Of a DNA stretch of 64,000 nt, positions 25,220-36,490 are shown piece after piece. Under the pieces are notes generated by a model. The model did not search any database and was not told where the DNA came from. It worked only from the letters and a program-made list of their open reading frames with translations. This stretch comes from Malacoraja senta. Its lineage: Eukaryota. How positions within the stretch are numbered: position 1 is the first letter of the stretch; the number at the start of each line of letters is the position of its first letter. The stretch covers positions 496,001 through 560,000 of the forward strand of contig JAXLNO010000110.1 in the NCBI GenBank assembly GCA_038087875.1. The letters run 5' to 3'. A program made the translations under genes and the position numbers.

Positions 25220-25812
25220 TTACCTCCCCTCTCAACTCCATCCAAGGACCCAAACAGTCTTTCCAGGCGAGGCAAAGGTTCACCTGCACCTCCTCCAACC
25301 TCATCTATTGCATCCGCTGTTCTCGGTGTCAACTGCTCTACATCGGTAAGACAAAGCGCAGGCTTGGCAATCGCATCGCCTAACACTTCCGCTCAGTTCG
25401 CATTAACCAACCTGATCTCCTGGTGGCTCAGCACTTCAACTCCCCCTCCCATTCTGAATCCGACCTTTCTGTCCTGGGCTTCCTCCATGGCCAGAGTGAG
25501 TCCCACCGCAAATTGGAGGAGCAGCATCTCATATTTCGCTTGGGTAGTTTACACCCCAGCGGTATGAACATTGACTTCTCCAATTTCAGGTAGTCCCTGC
25601 TTTCTCCCTCCTTCCCCTCCCAGCTCTCCCACAGCCTACTGTCTCCACCTCTTCCTTTCTTCTTCCCGTCCACCCCCCCCCCATCAGTCTGAAGAAGGGT
25701 CTTGACCCGAAACGTCACCCATTCCTTCGCTCCATAGATGCTGCCTCACCCGCTGAGTTTCTCCAGCTTTTTGTCTACCTTCAATTTTTCCAGCATCTGC
25801 AGTTCTTTCATA
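25220..25812 (+). mobile_element. Penelope-like 3' fragment (GIY-YIG + terminal repeat)
   Basis: NLIYCIRCSRCQLLYIGKTKRRLG, followed by the CTGAAGAAGGG..GAAACGTC unit. Confidence 0.85.
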
Positions 25813-25961
25813 AGCAATGTTTCATTTGTTTTTTTTAATTAAAAATCTCCAGCATCCTGCCTTGTGATTCTTGTGTCCGCGAGTTCAACACTAACAATAT
25901 TACAAAACCTCGATCATAGCGAAAGTTTGCGGATCAGGAGAGGAGCTGCCTTTCACCGTAC

Positions 25962-26039
25962 CGATGGGAGGGCAATCTTGGCCATCGCGTTCAGCCAGTG
26001 GTTGATATTGTCCGTGTGTCTGAAGTGAAGCCCAGTTGC
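25962..26039 (-). CDS. IQGAP3: IQGAP3-like exon 4 (ATGLHFRHTDNINHWLNAMAKIALPS)
   Basis: 78 bp, CAG/GTACGG boundaries, in frame with its neighbours. HTDNIN.W is IQGAP3-like. Confidence 0.95.
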
Positions 26040-27796
26040 CTGTAGAAACACAAATTTCACACTTTTAAGTACTACATTCAAAAAACAGGAGATTACAAAA
26101 AGTGGTGGACACTGCCCGGTCCATCATGGGTACTGACCTCCCCACCATCGAAGCTCCATCACAGATACTGACCTCCCCACCATCGAAGGGATCTATGGGA
26201 GCCGCTGCCTCAAAAAGGCAGCCAGCATCATCAGAGACCAACACTGCCACGGCCACGCTCTCATTTCACTCCTGCCATCGAGAAGAAGGTACAAGAGCCT
26301 GAAAACTGTAACGTCCAGGTTCAGGAGCAGCTTCTTCTCTGCGATCACACCACACACTAACACTATCCTACAGACCAAGGGCAATTTACAATTTTTACCA
26401 AAGCCAAATTAACCTACAACCCTTTACATCTTTGGAATACGGGAGGAAACGGAGCACCCGGAGAAAACCCACGCTGTACAAACTCCGTCCAGACAGCACC
26501 CGTAGTCAGGATCGAACCCGGGTCTCTGGCGCTGTGAGGTAGCAGCTCTAACTGCTGCGCAACTCAGATCGTGATGTACTGCGCGATAGCTTCGTTGATG
26601 CAGGTGCTCCAGGCCCATGGTGCAAACCAGCTGCGTCACTTGTAGCGTTAGGAAAAATCCATGGGATTTCTCCGGGAGCTCCGGTTTCCTCCCACACTCC
26701 AAAGGCCTGCAGGTTTGTAGATTAATTGGCTTTGGTAAAAAAATTGTAAATTGTCCCTAGGGTGTAGGATAGTGCTAATTCAGTTTAGTTTGGAGATGCC
26801 TGATCCATTGAGTCACTCCAGCAGTTTGTGTCATAGTTTAGTTCAGAGATACAGCACAGAAACAGACCCTTCTGGCCCACTGAGTCCACATCGACCAGCG
26901 ATCCCCGCACATTAACACTATCCTACAGAATGCATGGGGATCGCTGGTCGGTGTGGAACCGGTGGGCTGAAGGGCCTTTTTCCATACTGCATCTCTAAAA
27001 CTAAACTAAAACACAGACGTGGAACACATGCTTCAACCCAAGCCATCGCGCATTACTACACAGCCTGTTGTTCCACATAACCTACATTTTTGTTTAAAAT
27101 TTAGTTTAGAGAGACAGTTCGGAAACACCGGGTCCTCGCCGACCAGCGATCCCCGCACATTAACACTATCCTACACCCACTAGGGGCAATTTTTACTTTT
27201 ACCAAACCAATTAACCTACAAACCTGTACGCCTTTGGAGTGTGGGAGGAAACCGAAGATCGCAGTCACGGTCACGACGGCGCAGAGGTAGAGTTGCTGCC
27301 TTACAGCGAATGCAACTACGGGCGCTGTCTGTACGGAGTTTGTACGTTCTCCCCGTGACCTGCGTGGGTTTTCTCTGAGATCTTCGCTTTCCTCCCACAC
27401 TCCAAAGACGTACAGGTTTGTAGGTTAATTGGTTTGGTAAATTTTTATATTTACCAAGGTTTGTAGGTTTATTTGGCTTGGTAAATATAAAAATTGTCCC
27501 TAGCGTGTGTACGAAAGTGTTGATGTGCGGGGATCCCTGGTCGGCGCGGACCCGGTGGGCCGAAGGGCCTGTCTTTGCGCTGTATCTCTAACCCAAAGTA
27601 TCTCTAAACTGATCTCTGGGAAAACCCACGCAGGTCATGGGGAGAACGTACAAACTCCCTACAGACAGCACCATTCGCTGTAAGGCAGCAACTCTACGAC
27701 TGCACCACCGTAACCGCCCAAAATGGATGATGGTCCACCAACGGTATTCTCTCAGGAGATAAACCGCACATCAACCAGTGCGGATTGTCCCCATAC

Positions 27797-27953
27797 CTTG
27801 TACCGCTGCTGCTCTTGGTCATAGATCTTCCGCTGAGGGACGACAGTGGGCGCAAAACGGTGGCCCAGCTTGGCCAAGAAGACACCGTTCCTCAAGCTCT
27901 CCTCCAGGTCAGTGGTGGGTGGGAGCTCCTCATCCAAGCACACCTCCATCCAC
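27797..27953 (-). CDS. IQGAP3: IQGAP3-like exon 3 (WMEVCLDEELPPTTDLEESLRNGVFLAKLGHRFAPTVVPQRKIYDQEQQRYK), start of CH domain
   Basis: 157 bp, TAG acceptor, GTATGG donor. LEESLRNGV..AKLGH.FAP is the IQGAP3-type wording. Confidence 0.95.
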
Positions 27954-28717
27954 CTACATCAGAGAAACGGAGACAAGTTCAGAGCCTCGCAAGGCCAGCA
28001 GCATAATCATGCACCAGTCTCACCCCGGTCACTGCCTCTTCGCAGAAGGTTCGACCAGCCCCGACCCGGGGTCCGATCGCCGGCGCAGAGGAGCCGAGAT
28101 TCCCCCCCCACCCCCCCTCCCCGATGCAGGAGCTTGATCGCCCCGACAGGAAGGGATTATCCGCCAGCTACGGGAGTAAGATCGCCTCGTCACGGAAGGC
28201 TCGAGGCCTCCGACTGCGGGAGAACAAAGAAGGGAAGAGATTGAACTTTTTTTTTTCCGCCTTCCATCACAGTGAGGAATGTGGGGGGAGTCACTGTGGT
28301 GGATGTTCATGTTAAAATGTATTTTGTGTGTTCTGGTGCTTTTTATTTGTATGACTGACTTGGAAAATGAAATTCCTCATATGTTGCAAAACATACTTGG
28401 GTAGTAAAGTATTATTGTATTGTATTGTTTTGTATTCTCCCCTCCCCATCGGGCGAGAAGCACACCAATGCCTCGACTTCCTGAGAAAGCTTAGGAAGTT
28501 CGGCAGGCCCCCAACATCCCTCGCCAGCTTCTACAGATGTGCCATAGAAAAGATTTTATCGGGATGCATCACGGCATGATTTGTGGTCAGCTCCATCGAA
28601 GACCGCAAGAAATTGCAGGGAAATGTTGACACAGCCCAGACCATCACACAAGCCAACCTCCCTTCTATCGATTCCATCTACACTTCACGCTGCCTCTGCA
28701 TCATCAAGGAGCAGTCT

Positions 28718-30073
28718 TGTAAAGATGTGTCATAACGTACTGTTTCTTTACTTCTGTTTATTCATACTACACATTATACACATAGGTTTCTGCCCTAGCT
28801 GTCCGTGGTCTGTCACTGGAACCAGAGAGAGAGAACTGGGTGGGAAGGTTGTAATTATACTGATGATGTGGGGTGTGGTTAGTAGTGGTGAGGTCACTAT
28901 GTTAAAGGTACATGCACATATCATCTACATCCTTCCCCTTGGAAATAATAAGCAATACCGAAGCGACAGGGCGACCACGTCTCATACGCTACGAGCAGGT
29001 GAGCAAACAGTTAAACAAATTCACCATAACGGATAGGCAGCCTGACCACCCACCCGTACCGGGTACGCATTTCGCCATCCCCCCCTTCTGCAGGCGGAGC
29101 ATGAGCAGGAGCCGGCGCGGGGGAGAGAACCGGGGAACCGGGAGGAGAACGAGAAAACGGAGAAGGAGCAGGCGAAGCAGGAGCAGTAGCGGGAAGATGG
29201 TCAGTCGAGGGAGGAATGGCCGGAGGGGCAGGGAGTGTTGTCGACAATGGGGGGGAGAAGGGATCCGCAGGCGGCGGTGGTGGCTCGTTAACAAGCCGCA
29301 GATGCTGCCGGGACCGGCGGTAAATGGTACCTTCATGGTCGACAAGGTAGGACCGCGGCGAACCAGCAGTACCGACGACGATGGCAAGCCTGGGGTGACC
29401 GGAGGGGGATTGCATTCGGACAACTTGGCCTGAGAGCAGAGGCGGGAGAGGACGACAAGATTTGTCGTGGTAGCGCCGTTGGATTTCTTGTTTGAGGGCA
29501 ATGCGCTCCTGGACGGCAGCGGGACGGAGGACAGAGGGAACGAGGGACCGCTGGGTCACCGGGATCGGAGGCCTCGTAGTGCGAGACATCAGCCGTTGAG
29601 CTGGAGAGCCCAAGGCAGTGTCGCGGCAAATGTTTCGGAGATTGAGGAGGGCCAAGTAAAAATCACAATGGGACAGTCTACAATGTTCCAGCAAGTCCTT
29701 AGCACTGCGGACAGCGCGCTCTGCCAACCCGTTGCTTTGAGGGTACTCCGGGCTGCTGGTGTAGTGTCGGAAGTTCCGACTGGCACTTCTGACTTCTGTT
29801 CCCACTTCTGACACCATGTAAAGATGTGGAGGCGTGGGTTCGAATCCCACTTCTGACACCATGTAAAGATGTGTCATAACGCACTGTTTCTTTACTTCTG
29901 TTTATTCATACTACACATTATACACATAGGTTTCTGCCCTAGCTGTCCGTGGTCTGTCACCGGAACCAGAGAGAGAGAACTGGGTGGAAAGGTTGTAATT
30001 ATACTGATGATGTGGGGTGTGGTTAGTAGTGGTGAGGTCACTATGTTAAAGGTACATGCACATATCATCTACA
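28718..30073 (-). mobile_element. Internally deleted Gypsy (Ty3) LTR retrotransposon
   Basis: 212-bp TG..CA LTRs at 28718-28929 and 29862-30073, with 3 differences seen. 4-bp GTCT duplication, PPT AAGGGGAAGGA, tRNA-Leu PBS. Only the integrase C-terminal half remains (TSSPEYPQSNGLAERAVR, SPAQRLMSR, PRSYLV..RRSRQHL). Confidence 0.93.
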
Positions 30074-31694
30074 GTCTCACCCCGTTCACTCCCTCTTCTC
30101 CCCTCTCCAGGCAGACAAGAGGTACAGAAGTGTGAAAACGCACACTTTCAGATTTAGGGACAGTTTCTTCCCGGCTGTTATCACCCAAATGAACCATCCT
30201 ATCACCAACTAGAGAATGCTCCTGACCTCCCATCTACGTCATTGGAGTCTCTCAGACCATCTTTAATTGGTCTTTAGCTTGCACTCAACATTGTTCTCTT
30301 TATCTGTACACTGAGGACAGCTTGATTGTGATCATGCATAGTCTTTCTGCTGACTGAATAGAATGCATGTGGGTGTGGCGGCATCTAACGGCAGCAGCTC
30401 GACTACAGTCGTCCGGCTTTTTTTTATTTTTGTCTTGTTAAATGTATGTCTTGAGCTTAGTTTTTATTATTTTTTAGCTGTGTATATGTGGGGGGTGGAT
30501 GTGGGGGAAACCGTTAGTCTCTTCCCTGTACGGGGACCAGACTTTTTCCCTATCGGGTCTCCGATGTCGTTGGGCCTAACATCGTGGAGCCGGCGGCCGC
30601 CTCCGGCCGCCTCCGGCCGGGACCAACCTGAGGGCTCCAGTCGCGGAGTCAGCGGACCTGACATCGCAGAGCTGGCCGTCTTCGGAGCGGGAAGAGCTGT
30701 GGTGGCGCTCGGCTGCGACCCGACTTTGGAGTTTCGGAAGTAGGCCCGGTGGACGGTAACATCGGGAGCTCCAGGTCCCTGGTGGGAGACGGCTTTTCAG
30801 AGCTCCCGCAACAGCAACTTCTCCCGCTTGAACCGCGGGGTTTAAAGGACACGGAGCCGGGGCCTAACATCGCCCGGCATGGCTAAATGGCCACAGGACT
30901 TACCATCGTCCGCCGGGGGCTTTAACACCGGAGCCCCAGTTCGCCTAGACGCTGCAGTTGGACTGCTGGACCGCGGGTGAAGAACAAAGGGAAGAGATAA
31001 GACTTTGCCTTCCATCACAGTGAGGAGCTGCTGGAGACTCACTGTGATGGATGTTTATGTAAACTGTGTTAAGTGTGGGTCTTGGGTTTTATTGTAATGT
31101 AAAAAACTACAGTAGATGCAATTTTGTTCAAACCTCGGTTTGAATGACAATAAATAACATTCCATTCCATTCCATGCAACAAAATAAAAGGAACTGCAGA
31201 TGCTGGTTTACACCAAAGATAGACACAAAATGTCAGAGTAACTCAGCGGGTCATGCAACATCTCTGGAGAAAATGTATAGGTGACGTTTTGGGCCACAAC
31301 CGCAACCTATCCATTATCTCCAAGGATGCAGCCTGACCCGCTGAGTTACTGAAAGTAGGGTTCCATTCCGGGGCTCAACTTAAACCTAGTGGTTGGCATA
31401 TGGACATATCAGACAGGACACAAGCAGCTCTTCAGCCCACCATGTCCATGCCAGCGATCGGGCACCCATTTACACTAAGCTTATTTACTAAGTAACATGA
31501 TAATTGTACAAGACAGTGAGACCACACTTACAGTAATACATGCTGTGCTGGGTACCTAGCTGTAGGAAAGATATTAAGCTGTAAAGGGTGCAGAAAAGAT
31601 TCACAAGGATGTTAGCTGGACTGGGGGAGGGGAAAGGGGCCTTAGTTGCAAGGTGAATCTGGATAGGCTGAGACTATCCTTGGAGTGTAGGATT

Positions 31695-32840
31695 ATTATC
31701 TGAATGGTGTCATGTTAGGAAAAGGGGAAGTAGATATCTGGGGGTCCTTGTTCATCAGTCACTGAAAGCAAGCATGCAGGGTACAACAGGCAGTGAAGAA
31801 AGCAAATGGCACGTTGGCCTTCATTACAAGAGGAGTTGAGTATAGGAGCAAAGAGGTTCTTCTGCAGTTGTACAGGGTCCTGGTGAGACCACACCTAGAG
31901 TATTGTGTGCAGTTTTGGACAAAGGACATTATTGTCACATACACCAATTGGTGTAGTGAAATTTGAGTTGCCATTGCAGCACACCAATAAAAATAAACAC
32001 ATTAAAGAATATAACATTAAAAACATCCCCCCACAATGGCTCCCACTGTGAGGGAAGGCAGCAAAGTTCAGTCCACTTCCTCATGTTCACCCGTGGTCGG
32101 GGCCTATTGAGGCCTCCGCAGTCGCCGCTACGGCAGCCCGATGTTTTAGGCCCTCTCGCCGGAATGATGGAACTCCGACGTCGGAAGAACAATCTTCAGC
32201 GGCTTGGAGTACCGAAACGGCCGCTAGCTACCGGAGACCGTGGCTTCCGAAGTCCACAGGCCGCGCAGGTCAGAGCTCCAACACTGGCGATCTCGGCGAA
32301 AGATCCCAGGCTGTTTAAAGTCAGCGCCGCCGACTGGTAAAAATGGTCTCCAAATCTGAGGAAGCACATTCTTGCTATTGAGGGAGTGCAGCGTAGGTTC
32401 ACAAGGTTAATTCCCGGGATGGCGGGACTGTCATATGTTGAAAGAATGGAGCTTGTATACACTGGAATTTAGAAGGATGAGAGGGTATCTTGTTGAAGCA
32501 TATAAGATTATTAAGGGATTGGACACACTAGAGGCAGGAAGCATGTTCCCAATGTTGGGGGAGTCCAGAACCAGTGGCCACAGTTTAAGAATAAGGGGTC
32601 GGCCATTTAGAACGAAGATGAGGAAAAACTTTTTCACCCAGAGAGTTGTGAATCTGTGGAATCCAATTCTCTGGATGCTTTTAAGAGAGAGTTAGATATT
32701 GCTCTTAAAGATAGCGGTGTCGTGGGATATGGGGAGAATGCAGAAACGGGGTACTGATTGGGGATGATCAGCCATGATCGCAATGAATGGCTGTGTTGGC
32801 TCGAAGGGCCGAATGGCCTACTCGTGCACCTATTGTCTAT
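31695..32840 (+). mobile_element. CR1 LINE 3' fragment split by a GC-rich retroposon (31920-32342, minus strand)
   Basis: [36 protein letters not shown] resumes with SPNLRK after the insert. Confidence 0.8.
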
Positions 32841-33919
32841 TGAGTGATGACCTAATGGAGGTACATTATATCCTATGGGGCATAGATAGGGTGAAAGATC
32901 AAAGTCCTTTTCCCATGGTAAGGGAGTCTAAAACCAAAGGGCATAGATTTAAGGTGAGAAGGAAAAAAATATAAATAAATGGGGACAGGATCAACAAACT
33001 CATCAGGAAGGCTGGCTCCGACTGGGGGGGCAGAGTTGGATTCACGGGAGGTTGGTCTTGGAGGGGAGGAAGCTCCTCAAACTGCGGAGCATCCTGGACA
33101 ACACAGCTCACCCCCTCCATGACACACTGGTCAACCTGAGGAGCACCTTCAGCAACAGACTGGTTCCACCAAGATGCAACACAGAACGCCTTCTTCCCTG
33201 TGGCTATCAAACTGTACAACTCCTCCCCCTTCTGTAGACGCAGACAGAGACTGACTCCCCTTCCTTTCTCTCCCCCCCCCCTCCTCAATCTGTGCACGTC
33301 ACAAGCCTTTCCACTCATCACTTTAATTTCATGTTTCATGTATTTAGTGTTTTTTACGACTGTTGGCAGATCAATTTCCCTCCTGGGATAAATAAAGTTC
33401 TATCGTATCATATCGTATAAGCCACCTTTTCTATGCATGAGGATAGTGGGTATTTGGAATGAGTTGCCAGAAGAGATGGTAAAGGCAGGTACAACTACAA
33501 TCTTTAAAAGGCATTTAGACGGGTACATGGATAGCAAGGTTTAAGAGGGATCTGGGCAAACTCGTGGGACTAGTTCAGGTTGGCACCTTTGTCAGCATGG
33601 ATAAGTGGGGCTGAAGGCCCCGTTTCCATGCTGTACGCTCTATTTCACTTGATCCATACTTCCCATGCCTTGGTGATTCAAGTACTGGTCTGGATGCATT
33701 TTAAACGTTGTAAGCGTCACCGCCCCCAGGCACTGGGTTCCTGGTTCCCATCGTCCTCTGGATGAAGTATAATCTCTTCTCCTATCGCCTCCACCTCCCC
33801 TTTATGCAAGCCTTTGTCCGATAGTTTTCTGATACCTCAGCGACGAGGGGGAAAACGTTTGGAAAAACGTGTGGAAAGTTTTGTCAACTATTGAGCGTGC
33901 TGTCTGTTGGTCTGGCTTA

Positions 33920-34148
33920 CAGACCCACCACCGATGTTCCGGCAACCCGTAATCTGGCACCTCCTTTAATCCAGACAAAAGTACGAAAGCGCACTGGAAA
34001 TCCACCCCTCAGAAGTCCCCCCCGAACCTGAGGCAACCGATCTCGACCTCATTGGGACTTCCGCGGCCGATCGGCGGGTCATTTGCCGGGTCTCTGGAAC
34101 AGCAATGCTTTAGTAAAAAAGGGTGCCGGAAAATCGGTGGTAGACCCG
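33920..34148. mobile_element. Short TIR element (Tigger/pogo-like MITE) just downstream of exon 2
   Basis: Imperfect TIR CAGACCCACCACCGATGTTCCGGCA versus reverse complement CGGGTCTACCACCGATTTTCCGGCA. Related sequence at about 24230-24500 and 37277-37470. Confidence 0.45.
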
Positions 34149-34195
34149 TGCCACAAATAAGCCATACACCAAAGGCCTTTGAAAAGCCATCTCAC

Positions 34196-34295
34196 CGTTT
34201 GGCCTCCTCCAAGTGACAGAGGTATTCGTAGGCGATGTTTTGCCGCCTGCGTTCGTCCATTTCTTCAGCGGTGAGGCGCTCGCTGCCCAGACCAT
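34196..34295 (-). CDS. IQGAP3: IQGAP3-like exon 2 (YGLGSERLTAEEMDERRRQNIAYEYLCHLEEAKR)
   Basis: 100 bp, with a pyrimidine tract + CAG acceptor and a GTGAGA donor. The peptide is the conserved IQGAP N-terminal motif. Confidence 0.95.
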
Positions 34296-34992
34296 CTGCC
34301 AAGAGATAGGAAAACATTAAAATAAACACTCACAATTTAGACACGCTAGATGCAGGAAACATGCTCCCAATGTTGGGGGAGTCCAGAACCAGGGGCCACA
34401 GTTTAAGAATAAGGGGTAATCCATTTAGAACGGAGATGAAGAAAAACATTTTCACACAGAGGGTTGTGAATCTGTGGTATTGAGGCCAATTCTCTGGATG
34501 CTTTTAAGAGAGAGTTGGATAGAGCTCTTAAAGATAGCAGAGTCAGGGGATATGGGGAAAAGGCAGGAACGGGGTACTGAGTGTGGATGATCAGCCATGA
34601 TCACAGTGAATGGCAGTGCTGGCTTGAAGGGTTGAATGGTCTACTCCTGCACCTATTGTCTCTTGTCTATTTTGACAGAAACTTAAAAAGAAAATTCAGA
34701 TGAGATTCAGTACAGCAAAGTGCAGAGTCATACATTTTGGTAATAAGAATAAAGGCATAGATTATTTTCTAAATGGAGAGAGAATCCGGAAATCAGAGGT
34801 GCAAAGAGACTTGGGAGTGCTAGTGCAGGACTCCCAAAAAGTTAATTTACAAGTCGAATCGGTAGTAAGGAAGGCTAATTCAATGCTAGCATATATATCG
34901 TGGACTAAATACAAAAACAGAGATGTAATGCTGAGCCTCTATAAGGTGCTGGTCAGGCCACATTAGGAGTACTGTTAGCAAATTTGGGCACC

Positions 34993-36490
34993 ATAGAAAC
35001 ATAGAAACATAGAAATTAGGTGCAGGAGTAGGCCATTCGGCCCTTCGAGCCTGCACCGCCATTCAATATGATCATGGCTGATCATCCAACTCAGTATCCC
35101 GTACCTGCCTTCTCTCCATACCCTCTGATCCCTTTAGCCACAAGGGCCACATCTAACTCCCTCTTAAATATAGCCAATGAACTGGCCTCGACTACCCTCT
35201 GTGGCAGAGAGTTCCAGAGATTCATCACTCTCTGTGTGAAAAAAGTTCTTCTCATCTCGGTTTTAAAGGATTTCCCCCTTATCCTTAAGCTGTGACCCCT
35301 TGTCCTGGACTTCCCCAACGGGAGCAATCTTCCTGCATCTAGCCTGTCCAACCCCTTAAGAATTTTGTAAGTTTCTATAAGATCCCCTCTCAATCTCCTA
35401 AATTCTAGAGAGTATAAGCCAAGTCTATCCAGTCTTTCTTCATAAGACAGTCCTGACATCCCAGGAATCAGTCTGGTGAACCTTCTCTGCACTCCCTCTA
35501 TGGCAATAATGTCCTTCCTCAGATTTGGTGACCAAAACTGTACGCAATACTCCAGGTGTGGTCTCACCAAGACCCTGTACAACTGCAGTAGAACCTCCCT
35601 GCTCCTATACTCAGATCCTTTTGCTATGAAAGCTAACATACCATTCGCTTTCTTCACTGCCTGCTGCACCTGCATGCCTACTTTCAATGACTGGTGTACC
35701 ATGACACCCAGGTCTCGCTGCATCTCCCCTTTTCCTAGTCGGCCACCATTTAGATAATAGTCTGCTTTCCTGTTTTTGCCACCAAAATGGATAACCTCAC
35801 ATTTATCCACATTATACTGCATCTGCCAAACATTTGCCCACTCACCCAGCCTATCCAAGTCACCTTGCAGTCTCCTAGCATCCTCCTCACAGATAACACT
35901 GCCCCCCAGCTTAGTGTCATCCGCAAACTTGGAGATATTGCCTTCAATTCCCTCATCCAGATCATTAATATATATTGTAAATAGCTGGGGTCCCAGCACT
36001 GAGCCTTGCGGTACCCCACTAGTCACTGCCTGCCATTGTGAAAAGGACCCATTTACTCCTACTCTTTGCTTCCTGTTTGCCAGCCAGTTCTCTATCCACA
36101 TCAATACTGAACCCCAATGCCATGTGCTTTAAGTTTGTATACTAATCTCTTATGTGGGACCTTGTCGAAAGCCTTCTGGAAGTCCAGATACACCACATCC
36201 ACTGGTTCTCCCCTATCCACTCTACTAGTTACATCCTCGAAAAATTCTATAAGATTCGTCAGACATGATTTACCTTTCGTAAATCCATGCTGACTTTGTC
36301 CAATGATTTCACCACTTTCCAAATGTGCTGCTATCCCATCTTTAATAACGGACTCTAGCAGTTTCCCCACTACCGATGTTAGACTAACTGGTCTGTAATT
36401 CCCCGTTTTCTCTCTCCCTCCCTTCTTGAAAAGTGGGGTTACGTTTGCTACCCGCCAATCCTCAGGAACTACTCCAGAATCTAAAGAGTT
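34993..36490 (-). mobile_element. CR1 LINE, 5'-truncated, young (RT domain)
   Basis: ORFs 36101..36637 and 35091..36104 contain NYRPVSLTS, YLDFQKAFDKVPH, SGVPQGSVLGP, KFADD and TRGH; (TTTCTATG)n tail. Confidence 0.93.
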
